Source: Candidatus Binatia bacterium (GTDB lineage: Bacteria > Desulfobacterota > Binatia > HRBIN30). Taken from it: a DNA stretch of 64,000 bases. The notes beneath the pieces were generated by a model that did no database searches, was not told where the DNA came from, and saw only the letters and a list, made by a program, of their open reading frames with translations. Positions within the stretch are counted from its first letter, which is position 1; each line of letters opens with the position of its first letter. The DNA is taken from NCBI GenBank assembly GCA_038245295.1, contig JBBRSP010000009.1, positions 168,241 through 232,240 on the forward strand, in the 5' to 3' direction. Shown piece by piece: positions 1 through 9,737 of the stretch. Position numbers and translations under genes: made by a program.

Positions 1-825
1 CGCATCTGTTACGCGCGCGAGCTCAACGACATCGATCGCGCCTTTGATCGACTCGACGATTACTTCGCCGGTCGCCGGCCGCGTCTCTACTCGACACCCG
101 CCGCAACCAATATCGGGCCGTCGAGACACGGTGTGCGGCGCGCCGCCGTCGCCACCCTGCAAAGCCTGGCGCGCCTGGCGCTGGCGCGACACCATCCGAA
201 GGTCATCGCCATCGCCGGCGGGCATGGCAAAACCGTCCTCAAGCGTTCGCTCAGCGAAGCTCTATCGCAGCGGTATCGCGTCCGCGCCAATCCGTTGTCC
301 TACAACACCGATATCGGCCTGCCGCTGGCGATCCTCGACACCGTCGTCGAAGACATGCGCCCGGCAACGCTGCTGCGACGCGGCGCGCGCGCCGTGGCCA
401 ATGCGTTGCAGCCGGCCCACGAGGATATTCTGATTCTCGAGTTTGGAGCGCGGCAGCCCGGCGATATGCAGCGGCTACTGCGCATCGTCGAGCCGTCGTT
501 GATCGTTGTCATGCCACTGTCGCCGGAATACTCGGAAGAAGTTGAAGGGCTGGCTGTGCAACGCGCCGAGATCCGTGTCCTCGTCGACCACGCCGCCGCC
601 CGCAACATCCCCGTCGTCGCCTGCAGCGACGACAGTAGCGTCGCCGAGCTGGCCAAAGGTCCGCAGGCCCACCTGTTTGGTCGCGACAATCTCAAGAACG
701 CCGATGGCCGGAACTTCGCCGATCTGGGTGGCGTCCTTGTGCCCGTCGAGGATGAGCTGGTCGGCGACAGTGCGGTGCACGCGGCGATCGCGACCGCGAT
801 CGTCCAACGCCTTCTCGATACCTGA
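1..825 (+). CDS. 3' part of a protein ending in a Mur-ligase (MurF-like) central ATP-binding domain; the N-terminal part visible here resembles the C-terminus of a class I/II PLP aminotransferase
   Basis: Frame is open from base 1 (RICYARELNDIDRAFDRLDDYF...) into ORF 133..825. Mur motifs: IAIAGGHGKT, SYNTDIGLPLAIL, ILEFGARQPGDMQRL. Confidence 0.7.
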   Translation, partial: RICYARELNDIDRAFDRLDDYFAGRRPRLYSTPAATNIGPSRHGVRRAAVATLQSLARLALARHHPKVIAIAGGHGKTVLKRSLSEALSQRYRVRANPLSYNTDIGLPLAILDTVVEDMRPATLLRRGARAVANALQPAHEDILILEFGARQPGDMQRLLRIVEPSLIVVMPLSPEYSEEVEGLAVQRAEIRVLVDHAAARNIPVVACSDDSSVAELAKGPQAHLFGRDNLKNADGRNFADLGGVLVPVEDELVGDSAVHAAIATAIVQRLLDT

Positions 826-867
826 CGTTTTGGATAAGGCCCGCCACGGTGCATGCATCTCACCCTA

Positions 868-901
868 CGGCGGATCGGTAGGCGCAAGCTTCAGCTTGCG
901 G
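868..901 (+). repeat. GTAG-type REP palindrome, single variant copy
   Basis: GGTAGGCGCAAGCTTCAGCTTGCGG at 877-901 between convergent genes; same family as 4212-4291 and 16460-16544. Confidence 0.8.
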
Positions 902-931
902 CGTGCAACCCCCACCGAGCCGCGGGCAATG

Positions 932-3199
932 CTACGCGTAACGCGCCGCATTCAACGCCGACCCTGAGCGGAACCAATCGAGCTGCGACCGGCTATAGGT
1001 ATGGCGCAGAGCCAGCCGTTCCGTCGTCCCATCCTGATGTCGGATCAGGCACTCGACATCCTTGCCCGGCGAAAGCGCGGCGAGATCGACCAGACTGAGA
1101 CGGTCGGTCTCGCAGATGCGCCCGTAGTCAGCCGGATCGATAAACGTCAGCGCCAGCAAACCCTGCTTCTTCAGATTCGACTCGTGAATCCGCGCAAAGC
1201 CGCGCGCGATGACCGCGGCACCACCGAGAAGACGCGGGCTCAGGGCGGCATGCTCCCGGCTGCTGCCTTCACCGTAGTTCTTGTCGCCGATGATCACCCA
1301 CTTCAGCCCGGCAGCCTTGTAGTGTCGCGCCACACGCGAGATCGATTCGCCCGTTTGACCAGTGACGACGTTGATGCCCTTGCCCACTTCGGTGGTGAAC
1401 GCGTTCACCGCACCAAGCAGGAGGTTGTCGCTGAACTTGTCGAGATGGCCGCGATAACGCAGCCATGGACCGGCCGGTGAGATCTGGTCCGTCGTCGTCT
1501 TGCCGCGCGTCTTGATGAGCACCGGCATATCGATGAAGTCTTTCCCATCCCATGCCGGCCACGGCTCCATCAGCTGGATACGTTCACTGTGCGGATCCAC
1601 GGCGAGGCGGACACTTTGCCCATCCGCCGGCGGAGCAATGTAGGCAGAGCGGCCGCGCTCGAACCCCTTGGCGGGAACCTCCGGTGCCGGCCGCGGCGCC
1701 TCCAGTCGGAACGATTCGCCGTCGGCGCCGGTGAGTGCGTCGGTCAGCGGATTGAAGCTCAAGCGGCCGGCCACGGCGAAGGCGGTGACGATCTCCGGAC
1801 TAGCGATGAAGTTCATCGTCGTCGGTTTGCCGTCATTACGCCCCGGGAAGTTGCGATTATACGATGTGACGATTGCATTGGTCTCGGCGACCTCCTGGCT
1901 GCGCCGCCACTGGCCGATACAGGGGCCGCAGGCATTGGCGAGAACCAGACCGTTGATGTCCTGCAGCGATTGCATCTGGCCATCGCGCTCGATCGTCGCG
2001 CGCACCTGCTCGCTCCCGGGTGTGACAAAGAAGGGAGCCGCGGTCTTGAGCCCGTGGGCTTTCGCCTGCTCCGCAACATCGGCGGAACGGCTCATGTCTT
2101 CGTAGGAAGAGTTGGTGCAACTGCCGATGAGGGCAGCGGACACGCGCTCCGGGAAATGGTTCGCCGCAACCTCGGCGGCAAAACGCGAGATTGGACGAGC
2201 GCGATCCGGTGAATGTGGCCCGACAACGTACGGCTCGAGCTTCGCGAGATCGAGATACACAACACGGTCATAGTGTCGCTCCGGATCGGCTTCGACCTCG
2301 GCGTCGGGTTCGAGAAGATGCTGGTGACGCCTTACGTGTTCGACCAATGCGCCACGCCCGGTTGCTTCAAGGTATTTGAACATCCGTTCGTCAGCGGCGA
2401 ACAACGAGGTCGTAGCGCCAAGCTCGGCTCCCATGTTGGTGATCGTTGCTTTGCCGGTAGCGCTGATCGTGCGCGCGCCGGGGCCGATGTACTCGACGAT
2501 GGCGTTCGTTCCGCCCGCTACCGTCAGCTGCTCCGCGACATACAAGATGACGTCCTTGGGCGCCGTCCAGCCGCTCATCGCACCGGTCAAGTAAACCGCG
2601 ATGTGCCGTGGGTAGAGCAACTCCCATGGCAGTCCGGAGATCACTTCAACCGCGTCAGCACCACCGACGCCGACGGCGCATGCCCCCAGGCCACCCGCGT
2701 TTGGCGTGTGTGAATCGGTGCCGATGATCATTGCTCCGGGAAAGGCGTAGTTCTCCAGGACCACCTGATGAATGATGCCGGCACCGGGAGCCCAGAAACC
2801 GGCGCCGAAACGCGCCGCGGCCGAGCGTAGGAAGTCGTAGACCTCGCTATTTTCCGCCAACGAGGCGTTGAGATCGTCGCCAGCTCCAGTGCGTGCCTGG
2901 ATTAAGTGATCGCAGTGGATGGTAGTCGGGACGGCGACGCTGTCGCGCCGCGTCTGCATGAATTGCAACATGCCGGTCTGCCCGAGAACGTCCTGGAACA
3001 CGACGCGGTCCGGCCGCAGCGAAAGATAACTGTCGCCGGGAATCATCTCCTGTGTTGCGGGATCGTCGAGATGCCCGAGGAGGAGTTTGTCGGATAGCGT
3101 CAGCGGCCGCTTCAGGCGGCGCCGGACGACGTCGAGATTGTGCGCCATGGTCTCGTAGACGTTGGCGACCATCTCCGGGGTGGATGCGATTGTGACCAT
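932..3199 (-). CDS. acnA: Aconitate hydratase (mitochondrial-like AcnA type)
   Basis: Motifs HCDHLI, GTDSHTPN, IGSCTNSSYED, NACGPCIGQW, TTTDQISPAG, NYGEGSSREHAA. GGAGG RBS precedes ATG 3199 (the track starts at 3214). Confidence 0.93.
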   Translation of the reverse strand: MVTIASTPEMVANVYETMAHNLDVVRRRLKRPLTLSDKLLLGHLDDPATQEMIPGDSYLSLRPDRVVFQDVLGQTGMLQFMQTRRDSVAVPTTIHCDHLIQARTGAGDDLNASLAENSEVYDFLRSAAARFGAGFWAPGAGIIHQVVLENYAFPGAMIIGTDSHTPNAGGLGACAVGVGGADAVEVISGLPWELLYPRHIAVYLTGAMSGWTAPKDVILYVAEQLTVAGGTNAIVEYIGPGARTISATGKATITNMGAELGATTSLFAADERMFKYLEATGRGALVEHVRRHQHLLEPDAEVEADPERHYDRVVYLDLAKLEPYVVGPHSPDRARPISRFAAEVAANHFPERVSAALIGSCTNSSYEDMSRSADVAEQAKAHGLKTAAPFFVTPGSEQVRATIERDGQMQSLQDINGLVLANACGPCIGQWRRSQEVAETNAIVTSYNRNFPGRNDGKPTTMNFIASPEIVTAFAVAGRLSFNPLTDALTGADGESFRLEAPRPAPEVPAKGFERGRSAYIAPPADGQSVRLAVDPHSERIQLMEPWPAWDGKDFIDMPVLIKTRGKTTTDQISPAGPWLRYRGHLDKFSDNLLLGAVNAFTTEVGKGINVVTGQTGESISRVARHYKAAGLKWVIIGDKNYGEGSSREHAALSPRLLGGAAVIARGFARIHESNLKKQGLLALTFIDPADYGRICETDRLSLVDLAALSPGKDVECLIRHQDGTTERLALRHTYSRSQLDWFRSGSALNAARYA

Positions 3200-3271
3200 T
3201 GCTCTGTCCTCCATGCCTTGGAGTTTGCAAAAGTTCGGTAGCTACGTAAAATGCATTTATTATGCTGATTG

Positions 3272-3286
3272 ATGCGTTTTCCGCAT
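3272..3286. promoter_or_regulatory. Probable LysR binding site (T-N11-A dyad ATGC-N7-GCAT) overlapping the lysR start codon
   Basis: ATGCGTTTTCCGCAT in the AT-rich acnA/lysR divergent gap. Confidence 0.6.
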
Positions 3287-4196
3287 GAAACTAGACACAC
3301 TCGGCGTCGAGGCTTTCATCGCGATTGCCAACCAGGGCAGCTTTCAGAAGGCGGCTGATGATCTGTTCATCACGCAGACGGCATTGTCGCGGCGTTTACA
3401 GAACCTCGAGGGCCTGCTCGGCGTAAAGCTAATCGAGCGCACGACGCGTTCGGTGGCGCTGACCAACATCGGCCGCGCCTTTCTGCCGCAGGCACAGCGA
3501 TTACTCACCGATCTCACCAGTGCACTCGTGGAGATTCACGAGACCGGCAAGGCGCAGCGTGGCGACGTGTCGATCGCCTGCGTGCCGACGGTGGGCGTTC
3601 ACTACCTGCCGCGCATCATCCAGGAATATTCGGCGAAGTATCCGAACAACCGGATCAAGATCTACGACCACGCGTCTTCCGGGGTGGCCGAGGCGGTGCT
3701 GCGACGCGAAGCGGAGTTCGGCATCAACATCGCCGGCACGCACCACAGCGAGCTCGTTACGAAGCCGTTGCTGCGTGATCGCTTCGTCCTGATCTGCCGC
3801 GACGATCACGCGCTGGCCAAGCGAAAGCGGCTCTCCTGGAAACAGCTCGAGCCTCATGTGCTGATCTTTGCCGGTCAGGCGAGCGGCAATCGGCCGTTGC
3901 TCGACTTTGGGTTGGCGGACGACGCCCCGAAGCTGCAAGCTCACTATGAAGTGCAGCGTAGCTCAACAGCCGTTGGTCTCGTTGCGGAAGGTGTCGGGGC
4001 CGCCGTAGTCCCGAGCCTGGCGATGCAGAAAGGGGCTCATCCGACCATCCGGGTCATCCCCTTGATCGATCCGGTCATTTCGAGAAGCCTCGTGCTCGTT
4101 TCACGCAAAGCCGCCCAGCTCTCGCCGGCGGCGCAGGCGCTGTACGACCTGATCGGGCGCAGGGCCAGTGCCCCCTCTCCCGGCTTTGCACACTAA
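3285..4196 (+). CDS. LysR-family transcriptional regulator, divergent from aconitase
   Basis: N-terminal HTH GSFQKAADDLFITQTALSRRLQNLE...LIERTTRSVALT; ~300 aa with substrate-binding domain. Confidence 0.95.
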   Translation: MKLDTLGVEAFIAIANQGSFQKAADDLFITQTALSRRLQNLEGLLGVKLIERTTRSVALTNIGRAFLPQAQRLLTDLTSALVEIHETGKAQRGDVSIACVPTVGVHYLPRIIQEYSAKYPNNRIKIYDHASSGVAEAVLRREAEFGINIAGTHHSELVTKPLLRDRFVLICRDDHALAKRKRLSWKQLEPHVLIFAGQASGNRPLLDFGLADDAPKLQAHYEVQRSSTAVGLVAEGVGAAVVPSLAMQKGAHPTIRVIPLIDPVISRSLVLVSRKAAQLSPAAQALYDLIGRRASAPSPGFAH

Positions 4197-4211
4197 TTCG
4201 CATTGGAGCAC

Positions 4212-4291
4212 TCCGCAGGCTGAAGCCTGCGCCTACCGCGCTGAATTCGAAGCGGAACGGGGAGGGGTAGGCGCAGGCTTCAGCCTGCGGA
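4212..4291. repeat. REP doublet (REPIN-like), 26-bp perfect inverted repeat
   Basis: TCCGCAGGCTGAAGCCTGCGCCTACC (4212-4237) and its reverse complement (4266-4291). Confidence 0.9.
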
Positions 4292-4431
4292 CAGCCGAGC
4301 ACAGCCGGACCGTTGGTTTCATGTGCAAAGCAGGGTGAGAGCCCGCATCGGTGCTGAGTCTCGCCGATCCGACGTCGCCCCGTCTTGTTTGAGATGCCTA
4401 TCAGCGTACGATAATAGAAGAAGTCCACAGT

Positions 4432-5928
4432 ATGCCCTTGGCCCCAACAACAGACGCAAAACCACCGCGCATTCTCCTGACCGGCGCTACCGGCTACGTC
4501 GGCGGACGTCTGCTGCCTCAACTGCGCAAGCTCGGCTACCCGGTTCGTTGTCTGGCACGCCACCCGGAGTTTCTGCGCAGTCGCACTCATGCGGATGTCG
4601 AGATTGTCGCCGGCGATTGCCTTGATCGCGACTCCTTGAGCGCGGCGCTGCAGGGTATCAACGTCGCGTACTATCTCGTCCACTCGATGGGCTCGAGCGG
4701 CGACTTCTCCGAACAAGATCGGCGGGCGGCGGACAACTTCGGCGCCGTCGCGGCAGCCGCCGGGGTGCGACGCATCATCTTCCTCGGTGGCCTGGCGGCG
4801 ATGGACGAACAGTTGTCGCCGCATCTGCGCAGCCGCCTCGAGACCGGCGATGTGTTGCGCCGCAGCGGCGTGCCGGTGATCGAGCTACGCGCGTCGATCA
4901 TTCTCGGTTCGGGCAGCCTATCCTTTGAATTGATTCGCTCGTTGGTCGAACGGTTACCCATCATGATCTGTCCGCGCTGGGTGCGTACGCCGGCGCAGCC
5001 GATCGCCATCGAGGACGTGATTGCCTATCTGCTCGCGGCGCTGCGTCTCGACGGAACGGACAACCGCATCTTCGAGATCGGTGGCAGCGACCAGGTCTCC
5101 TACGCCGACATCATGGCCGAGTATGCTCGTCAACGCGGTCTGCACCGTGTGATGATTCCGGTGCCGCTTCTGACGCCGCGCCTGTCGTCGTTATGGCTTG
5201 GGCTGACGACGTCGCTGTATGCGCGCGTCGGTCGCAAGCTCATCGAAAGCGTCCAGAATCAGTCGGTCGTGCACGACACCTCGGCCCTGCAGGCGTTCTC
5301 CATTCGCCCGCTTGGGCTGCGCCAGGCAATCGAGCGCGCCATCCGCAATGAAGACAACGAGTTTGCGGCGACCCGTTGGTCAGATGCCATTTCGTCGGCC
5401 GGTGCCCTGCCGACCTGGGGCGGCATGCAGTTCGGCACGCGTCTGGTGGATTCCCGCACGGCTCATGTTGCCGCGCCGCCGGCTCAGGCGTTTGCACCGA
5501 TCCGTCGCATCGGTGGCAATGCCGGCTGGTATTATGCCACGTGGCTATGGCGCTTGCGTGGCTTCATCGACTTGTTGTGCGGTGGGGCGGGCATGCGACG
5601 CGGTCGGCGTGATCCAGAGAGCGTCGTAGTCGGCGACACACTCGACTTCTGGCGCGTCGAGGCCTTCGAGCCGGAGCGCCGCTTGCGGCTCGCGGCCCAG
5701 ATGAAAGTTCCAGGCCGTGCCTGGCTCGAATTTGAAGTTTTGGCCGAGGCCGGTGGTTCGACGATTCGCCAGACCGCCGTGTTCGATCCGGCAGGGTTGC
5801 TCGGGCTGCTCTATTGGTATGGCGTCTATCCGCTGCATGCCCTCGTGTTCCGCGGCATGTTGCGCGGAATTGCGGCGCAAGTCGGGGCGCAGCCCGTTTG
5901 CGCCACTGACGCACCATCCGCACGATGA
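4432..5928 (+). CDS. NAD(P)-binding atypical SDR with C-terminal DUF2867 domain (YbjT-like)
   Basis: ILLTGATGYVGG, AYYLVHSM, RASIILGSGSLSFE; C-terminal GGNAGWYYATWLWRLRG...GDTLDFWRVE...MKVPGRAWLEF. Confidence 0.88.
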   Translation: MPLAPTTDAKPPRILLTGATGYVGGRLLPQLRKLGYPVRCLARHPEFLRSRTHADVEIVAGDCLDRDSLSAALQGINVAYYLVHSMGSSGDFSEQDRRAADNFGAVAAAAGVRRIIFLGGLAAMDEQLSPHLRSRLETGDVLRRSGVPVIELRASIILGSGSLSFELIRSLVERLPIMICPRWVRTPAQPIAIEDVIAYLLAALRLDGTDNRIFEIGGSDQVSYADIMAEYARQRGLHRVMIPVPLLTPRLSSLWLGLTTSLYARVGRKLIESVQNQSVVHDTSALQAFSIRPLGLRQAIERAIRNEDNEFAATRWSDAISSAGALPTWGGMQFGTRLVDSRTAHVAAPPAQAFAPIRRIGGNAGWYYATWLWRLRGFIDLLCGGAGMRRGRRDPESVVVGDTLDFWRVEAFEPERRLRLAAQMKVPGRAWLEFEVLAEAGGSTIRQTAVFDPAGLLGLLYWYGVYPLHALVFRGMLRGIAAQVGAQPVCATDAPSAR

Positions 5929-5951
5929 TGCATTTTTTTGGGGGGGCAACG

Positions 5952-5982
5952 GCCACATGTCACCCAGAGGATGACATGTGGC
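5952..5982. terminator. Hairpin between convergent genes, possible bidirectional terminator
   Basis: GCCACATGTCA-N9-TGACATGTGGC between stops at 5928 (+) and 6002 (-). Confidence 0.45.
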
Positions 5983-6001
5983 GATCTCATTGGAAGTGGT
6001 T

Positions 6002-6859
6002 CTAGTTGCTGTTGCTTCCTGCCAGAGCGCGACGCCCGATGAACAGAAGCATGAAGGCAACGGCAACGATCCCGGGCCACGACATTGCCGGTGCGGCCGA
6101 CGGGGCCAGGCTCACACACGTGCCAACGCTACCCGCGGCATCACAGACTTGGTTGGGACCGGTGCAAGCGGTGTCGCAGCAAACTCCGTCGGCACAGAAT
6201 GTCGATGAGCATTGCGTACCGGACATGCACGGGTCGCCATTGTTCTGGGTCAGATCGTAGTCAATGGTAATCACCATGGAGTCGACGAAGGCACCCGGGT
6301 TGTTCGTGTCGCCGTTGGTGATCGTGACCGATTGAGCGACGCCGAAACCGGCGTTGTTGATGTCCGCAGCCGTCCAGGTCGTGCTCCACAGGTCCGACGA
6401 GCTGCCATATGTTCCCGTAAATGTGGAGCCGCTCCACGTCGTAGCGCTTGCCTTGTTGTCGGTTTGCAGCACCGTGGCCTTCAGGAGTTTCACATCCACG
6501 TCGACTTTATTGGAGTCGGCTCCGAGTTTCGTGATGGCAACGGTAATGCCGTTGATGACCGCATTGGCGGGAATGGAAAATCCGTAGTTGGTGCACTGCA
6601 GCCGGGTGGACGTTTGCCCAGGCGCCAGATCGACCGCTGCAAAGGCGGAATCGGCTGTACCCTGGGCACTGGTGGTGCTGCCCCAGATCATGATCATGCC
6701 GCCCGCGGCGGCATCGTTCGCGCAGGCGCCGCCGCCAAGCGTTTGAGTGAGCGCGTTTGCCGTCCCCGTGGTGCTTGCCGCAAGGACGCTCCCAACCGCA
6801 ACAACCACGGCAGCGCGGCAAACTGTCGCCGCGACTCCACGCAACCAAAGTCGATTCAT
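6002..6859 (-). CDS. Secreted surface protein with Cys-rich module and IPTL-CTERM-like sorting signal
   Basis: Signal peptide ending ANA; Cys-rich NGDPCMSGTQCSSTFCADGVCCDTAC; C-terminus APAMSWPGIVAVAFMLLFIGRR. Confidence 0.8.
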   Translation of the reverse strand: MNRLWLRGVAATVCRAAVVVAVGSVLAASTTGTANALTQTLGGGACANDAAAGGMIMIWGSTTSAQGTADSAFAAVDLAPGQTSTRLQCTNYGFSIPANAVINGITVAITKLGADSNKVDVDVKLLKATVLQTDNKASATTWSGSTFTGTYGSSSDLWSTTWTAADINNAGFGVAQSVTITNGDTNNPGAFVDSMVITIDYDLTQNNGDPCMSGTQCSSTFCADGVCCDTACTGPNQVCDAAGSVGTCVSLAPSAAPAMSWPGIVAVAFMLLFIGRRALAGSNSN

Positions 6860-7163
6860 TTCCCTTACCTCCCCATCGACGCGACCGACACGTCGACGCT
6901 GTTAAGCCGCCCCTGTAACAGCTAGGGGTCGAAGTCCGATCGGTTAGTCCCTTTTCTGGGTCGAGTCAAACGGATCTTTGGGTTGAACCGCTTACTGATT
7001 CTCATTTTTGGTGAGGCGATCGCGTGCTTCCGATCTATCATTCGATGTAGTACGGAGGGGAGTAGGCGAGGATGGGGACGGTACACGGACATGGGGCAGT
7101 CTCTCGAAGCCCCCGGCGGACCGCCGACCACGCTGAGCCAACCGGCCGCTAGGAATCGAACCG

Positions 7164-8216
7164 ATGAGCTTCCTCCGAATGATCCTCCACGGGACGGCCG
7201 CACCAGACCGGATTCTCATTCTTGGTACGGGCCCCGAGGCCCACACCTTGGCCGAGGTGATCCGCGGTCAACCTGGAGATTACGTATTCCTCGGCCTTGT
7301 CGATCCTGGCGGCAACAGTACCGCGTCCGATAGAGTTTTGGGTGTACCCGATCCTCGCCTGATTGTCGGGACCCTCGAACAGCTGCCAGAAATTATCACT
7401 CACCGACAGCCTGACCGGATTATTATCGCGGCGGTCGCGGACGCCGATAACCACATCTCGGCACCCGACATCATAGCTGCCCAGCTCAACGGCGTGATCA
7501 TTGAGACAGCCAGTGCGGCGCAACATCACCTGACCGGCCGATTGACCGCCGCAGCGATGAAGAGCTCGGTCTTCACCAGATCATCGCGCTCCATGAGCGT
7601 CAAACGTGTCTTCAGTATCATCGCGGCGACGGCTGGACTTCTGATCTCTGCACCGCTCATGATCGTCATCGCTCTTCTCATCAAGCTCGACTCGCGTGGC
7701 CCGGTGTTCTTCGTTCAAGAACGCATCGGCTTGCGCGGCCGTCGCTTCCGCTTGCTCAAGTTTCGCTCGATGGTTCCCGACGCCCAGCGCACTTCGGCGT
7801 GGGCCGGCGACAATGCCGACCGTATCACCGGGGTCGGTAGATGGCTGCGTCACTATCACCTCGACGAGCTGCCGCAGTTCATCAACATCTTGCGTGGTGA
7901 CATGGACCTCGTCGGTCCACGCCCTCATCCGCTTTCGAACTACGAACTGTTCGACCGGGAGATCCCGCACTATTCCTTGCGCTCCGAGATCCGTCCGGGC
8001 TTGACGGGATGGGCACAGGTGAGGAATGGCTACGCCGACGACCTCGTCGGTGAGATGGCGAAGATGCAGTACGACCTCTACTATTTGATGCATCAGTCCT
8101 TGGCGTTGGACCTGTGGATCGTTCTTGAAACCTTCAAGATCGTCGGCTTCGGACGCGCCCCGGTAAACACGCGGCGTCCACAACGACGCACTCTGCGCCC
8201 ATCCTCTTCCGCATGA
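7164..8216 (+). CDS. Polyprenyl glycosylphosphotransferase (priming sugar transferase), lacking the N-terminal TM block
   Basis: KLDSRGPVFFVQERIG, KFRSM, DELPQFINILRGDMDLVGPRP, RPGLTGWAQV, YDLYY. Confidence 0.92.
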   Translation: MSFLRMILHGTAAPDRILILGTGPEAHTLAEVIRGQPGDYVFLGLVDPGGNSTASDRVLGVPDPRLIVGTLEQLPEIITHRQPDRIIIAAVADADNHISAPDIIAAQLNGVIIETASAAQHHLTGRLTAAAMKSSVFTRSSRSMSVKRVFSIIAATAGLLISAPLMIVIALLIKLDSRGPVFFVQERIGLRGRRFRLLKFRSMVPDAQRTSAWAGDNADRITGVGRWLRHYHLDELPQFINILRGDMDLVGPRPHPLSNYELFDREIPHYSLRSEIRPGLTGWAQVRNGYADDLVGEMAKMQYDLYYLMHQSLALDLWIVLETFKIVGFGRAPVNTRRPQRRTLRPSSSA

Positions 8217-8267
8217 CCGCCGTGTCTGCCCTGCGTTCCTGCAGACCGTGCCGGCACCCCGCGACGA

Positions 8268-9737
8268 ATGTCACTCGCTGGTGAGACGTTTCACTCGGCG
8301 GCGTGGAACCTGTCGACGACCCTCGGTGGTCGCGCGGTTACCGTCATCGGCACCTTGGTACTGACACGCTACCTGGCCCCGGAGGCGTATGGCGAAGTCA
8401 TGGTGGCCTCGACTCTGGTGACCACCGCCCATCAGGTCCTGAATCTCGGCGTCGGACACTACATCGTTGCCAAACCGTCGGCGAGCCGCCGGGTCGTATT
8501 CCATGCCACGGTATTCTACCTACTCAGCGGCGTCGCGATTGTGGCGTTGCTCCTCGCCTGCCGCGACCACCTTGGTCTGCTCTTTGATCTCCCCCAGATG
8601 GGGCGTTTGATTCCCGGTCTCGCCCTGTCGTTGTGGCTCGAACGTATGGCGTTCATCCCGGAAAAGATCCTCATCCGCGATATGAGATTTCGCCGTCTCG
8701 GGCTGATCCGCAGTTTGGGCGAGCTGACATACACTTTATTTGCCGTAGTACTCGCCGCCGCCGGTTGGGCCGGGCAGTCCATTGTCGCCGCAAACGTCGC
8801 GCGTTCTTTGTGGCGCAGCGCTGCCATCATCGGCAGCGCCGAACGGCGCGCCTGGCTGTCGCCGTACCAACTGGATCGACGCGTTACCGCAGAGCTCTTC
8901 GCCTTCGCCATGCCCATGTGGTTGAGCAACGCCGCCGCCTTCGCGGCTCGTCGTTGGGACAACCTGCTTGTCGCGAGGCTATTCGGACCCAGCGCCGCGG
9001 GCTTCTACAATCTCGCGTATAGCCTCGCCGAGATCCCGGCAATCCACGTTGGTGAGCAGGTCGGGGATGTGCTCCTTCCCTCCTTCGCACGCGCCAGCCC
9101 CCAACGGCGTCCGGAGGCACTGTTGCGGTCCATCGGCTTGCTCGCCCTCCTGGTCTTCCCCATGGCGGTCGGTTTAGGAGCCATCGCACCGACCCTGGTC
9201 GCCATGATTTTCGACTCGCGTTGGCAGACGATCGCGCCACTCCTCACGGTGCTGTCCGTCCTCTCCATCGCGAAACCGATCGCCTGGGTGCTGGTGAGCT
9301 ACCTGCAAGCTCAGAATCGTCCGTGGACGACTCTAGCCCTCGAGCTCTTTCTGGTGGCGATGCTCGTGACGTCGATCGCAACCCTGGGGCGTCTCGGCTT
9401 GCTCTGGGTGTGTGTCGCCGCCGGGCTTTGCTACGTCGTCTACGCCGCGGCGGCGTTGCTCATCGTAGCCCGAGTGGATCGCTTTGGTTGGAAGGAGGTC
9501 GTAACCCAGATTGGCGGACCACTGGCGGCGTGTGCACCTATGGTCGCCTTGATCCTGGCGGCGCGCAGCGTCATGAACGCCGCATCGATGCCGAAGGGAT
9601 TCGCCTTGCCAGTCGAAGTCGTGATTGGCGCAGCCACCTATGCTGGCGCCGCCCTGCTTCTGACACCTCATCTCGTGCGTGAAGCGAACGCCTTGGTCGT
9701 ACAAGCGCTGCGGCGTAGGGAGGCCGCGCAACGATGA
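8268..9737 (+). CDS. wzx: Wzx-type oligosaccharide flippase (WzxC-like)
   Basis: Multi-TM protein; LTRYLAPEAYG, RWDNLLVARLFGPSAAGFYNLAY, VLLPSFAR. Confidence 0.88.
   Translation: MSLAGETFHSAAWNLSTTLGGRAVTVIGTLVLTRYLAPEAYGEVMVASTLVTTAHQVLNLGVGHYIVAKPSASRRVVFHATVFYLLSGVAIVALLLACRDHLGLLFDLPQMGRLIPGLALSLWLERMAFIPEKILIRDMRFRRLGLIRSLGELTYTLFAVVLAAAGWAGQSIVAANVARSLWRSAAIIGSAERRAWLSPYQLDRRVTAELFAFAMPMWLSNAAAFAARRWDNLLVARLFGPSAAGFYNLAYSLAEIPAIHVGEQVGDVLLPSFARASPQRRPEALLRSIGLLALLVFPMAVGLGAIAPTLVAMIFDSRWQTIAPLLTVLSVLSIAKPIAWVLVSYLQAQNRPWTTLALELFLVAMLVTSIATLGRLGLLWVCVAAGLCYVVYAAAALLIVARVDRFGWKEVVTQIGGPLAACAPMVALILAARSVMNAASMPKGFALPVEVVIGAATYAGAALLLTPHLVREANALVVQALRRREAAQR

Noticed and set aside
5933..5946. 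T7G7 homopolymer as a phase-variation switch
   Set aside because: It lies between convergent stop codons, so it cannot shift a frame or promoter spacing.
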